64,000 nt of DNA from the IMG/VR virus record IMGVR_UViG_3300034102_001739, positions 741 through 64,740 of that record; one strand, written 5' to 3'. The notes under the pieces are model-generated. The model did not search any database and was not told the DNA's origin. It worked only from the letters and a program-made list of their open reading frames with translations. Position numbers and translations under genes: made by a program. Shown here piece after piece: positions 63,999 through 64,000 of the stretch (within the stretch, counting starts at the first letter, position 1; each line of letters opens with the position of its first letter). The stretch is from a virus (Duplodnaviria > Caudoviricetes).

Positions 63999-64000
63999 AT

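Noticed and set aside
1-64000. Stop-codon reassignment as in some Bacteroidota phages
   Set aside because: Long genes are intact in the standard code, and TAG, TGA and TAA all end genes at tight junctions

Overview
A 64 kb segment of a lytic contractile-tailed (myovirus-type) dsDNA phage. Repeated TTTG-N19/20-TAnnTTTG promoters and A-rich, Shine-Dalgarno-less gene starts point to a Bacteroidota host. Essentially every real gene is on the minus strand. Left to right, the modules are: (1) replication (DnaB helicase with a LAGLIDADG intein in its P-loop, DnaC-like loader, SF2 helicase, an acidic protein with a Tudor-like domain); (2) a CIS-like baseplate and tail (tape measure, chaperone pair with a -1 slippery site, tube, sheath); (3) neck, head, portal and large terminase; (4) queD, a KTSC protein and lysine-rich paralogs; (5) an early region of small genes (RadC-like JAB, KTSC, compact type IB topoisomerase); (6) a ~1.7 kb repeat-rich non-coding region (candidate origin or terminus); (7) a tRNA-like element lacking a normal anticodon arm, beside a ~220 nt structured RNA candidate; (8) a dNTP diphosphohydrolase fusion, a DUF4942 methyltransferase and folE; (9) lysis genes and two receptor-binding proteins, one with a circularly permuted FISUMP domain; (10) queE, a Cys-rich ORF, a dpdA-like transglycosylase and queC; (11) a separately transcribed 36-aa histone-tail-like peptide, a SpoVS (Alba-fold) homolog and a Holliday junction resolvase. 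The leading novelty candidates are a possible nucleoid/chromatin-like toolkit, the two ncRNA candidates, and the split 7-deazaguanine pathway with uncharacterised accessory genes. All protein calls come from motif recognition by eye; no database searches were run.
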